A stretch of 63,791 nt of DNA from Myxococcales bacterium. Its GTDB lineage: Bacteria; Myxococcota_A; Polyangia; Palsa-1104; SHYY01. Location: NCBI GenBank assembly GCA_023248875.1, contig JAHFDT010000001.1:1-63791 (forward strand). Reading direction: 5' to 3'. Of this stretch, positions 63,102-63,791 are shown one piece after another (the first letter of the stretch is position 1; each line of letters opens with the position of its first letter). The notes beneath the pieces are model-generated. The model ran no database searches. It was given only the letters and a program-made list of their open reading frames with translations, and was not told the origin of the DNA. Position numbers and translations under genes: made by a program.

Positions 63102-63791
63102 TGGATAAACGCCTCATTACAACAATTGGGTTGTCGTTTTTGATCCTGTTCGGCTGGACCTGGCTGCAGCGCCGCTACTTCCCGGCGCCTCCTGCGTCGC
63201 CGGTCGCGGCTCCTGGCGCGCCGGTCCTGGCTCCCGACCCGACGGCTTTGCCAACGGCTTTGCCAACGGCCACGCCGAACGCCACGCGACCCAAGGAAGA
63301 GCGTTTGGCCATCGAGCGCCCAGGCTATTTTCGGGCGGTCTTCTCCAGTTGGGGCGCGGCGCCCATCGAGTTTACGCTGCTCCATCCACAGTACCAGGTG
63401 TCCGTCTCCGGCCGCGATGTTCCGATCGACATGATCCGACCCGAGGCCGGCACGCCACCCTTTACGGTTGCATTTAGCACGACGGCCAGCGAGAGCGAAC
63501 GCTCGGAATTTGATCTGGCGCCCGACGCGGTCTGGCAGCTCGTTTCAAATAGCGGCCAGGAGCTCGTCTATGCGACCGAGGTCGGCTCGGTCCATCTCGA
63601 GAAGCGCTGGCAGCTGCCGGAGGCGGGCTACCGGTTGGGGCTCCGTCTGACCGTCGAAAATCGCGGCGCTGCGAAACCGGTACGGGCGCGAGCCCTCATC
63701 GCAGTGTCGAGCTGGCAGAATCCGAACGTGCAACAGGGGGGCGCGCTCAGTATGGGGCGGCGGTTGAGCATGACCGACGGGGAGTGCGATC
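63098..63791 (+). CDS. yidC: Membrane protein insertase YidC (5' partial, runs off the window)
   Basis: The frame is open from ATG 63098 to the window end. It is absent from the ORF track because no stop is reached. The translation is [29 protein letters not shown]..., one N-terminal TM followed by a periplasmic domain. The position after yidD fits. Confidence 0.85.
   Translation, partial: MMDKRLITTIGLSFLILFGWTWLQRRYFPAPPASPVAAPGAPVLAPDPTALPTALPTATPNATRPKEERLAIERPGYFRAVFSSWGAAPIEFTLLHPQYQVSVSGRDVPIDMIRPEAGTPPFTVAFSTTASESERSEFDLAPDAVWQLVSNSGQELVYATEVGSVHLEKRWQLPEAGYRLGLRLTVENRGAAKPVRARALIAVSSWQNPNVQQGGALSMGRRLSMTDGECD

Noticed and set aside
63232-63270. Short direct repeat ACGGCTTTGCCA x2 in the yidC 5' region
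   Set aside because: It encodes a [10 protein letters not shown] linker repeat in the poorly conserved region after the first TM helix of YidC. It is too short and ordinary to report as a finding.

Overview
High-GC bacterial chromosomal window. GC was judged by eye, not computed. Gene content looks myxobacterial: several PilZ-type paralogous domains, a PEGA domain, a Kelch lipoprotein and many lipobox proteins. The right end is the replication-origin neighbourhood. gyrB-recF-dnaN-(lipoprotein)-dnaA lie on the minus strand, followed by a DnaA-box/AT-rich oriC candidate, then rpmH-rnpA-yidD-yidC on the plus strand. The rest is mostly housekeeping: accC, tex, def, folB, ribA, an Mrp/ApbC-type carrier, clpX, fabH, dCMP deaminase, tRNA-Asn and tRNA-Thr. 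Accessory patches interrupt it. The most unusual locus is a tightly coupled seven-gene plus-strand operon at 42005-45254. It encodes four consecutive divergent EutN/CcmL-type (BMC vertex pentamer) paralogs, an upstream lipoprotein, a small Lys-rich helical protein and a downstream FGE/SUMF1-type protein. No BMC hexamer/trimer shell gene or metabolosome enzyme is visible anywhere in the window. Other items worth a second look:
- an orphan gpV/VgrG-like spike gene pair (27926-29271)
- an XPB-helicase/Bax1(DUF790)-nuclease pair next to a truncated integrase downstream of tRNA-Thr (14661-17482)
- an orphan FliH/FliI-like pair (47449-49339) plus a distant FliS-like ORF
- two long inverted-repeat elements that exactly fill the only two roomy convergent intergenic gaps (45262-45654 and 51165-51324)
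- a solitary IS200-like Y1 transposase
- IS3/IS66 debris and a tRNA-arm-derived palindrome beside tRNA-Asn
- a clpX-led operon with a tandem-PilZ protein and a Lon N-domain protein
- a PHM-like copper monooxygenase lipoprotein
- a lipoprotein gene wedged between dnaA and dnaN, with a second DnaA-box cluster
All functional calls rest on motifs recognised by eye in the supplied translations. No database search was run.
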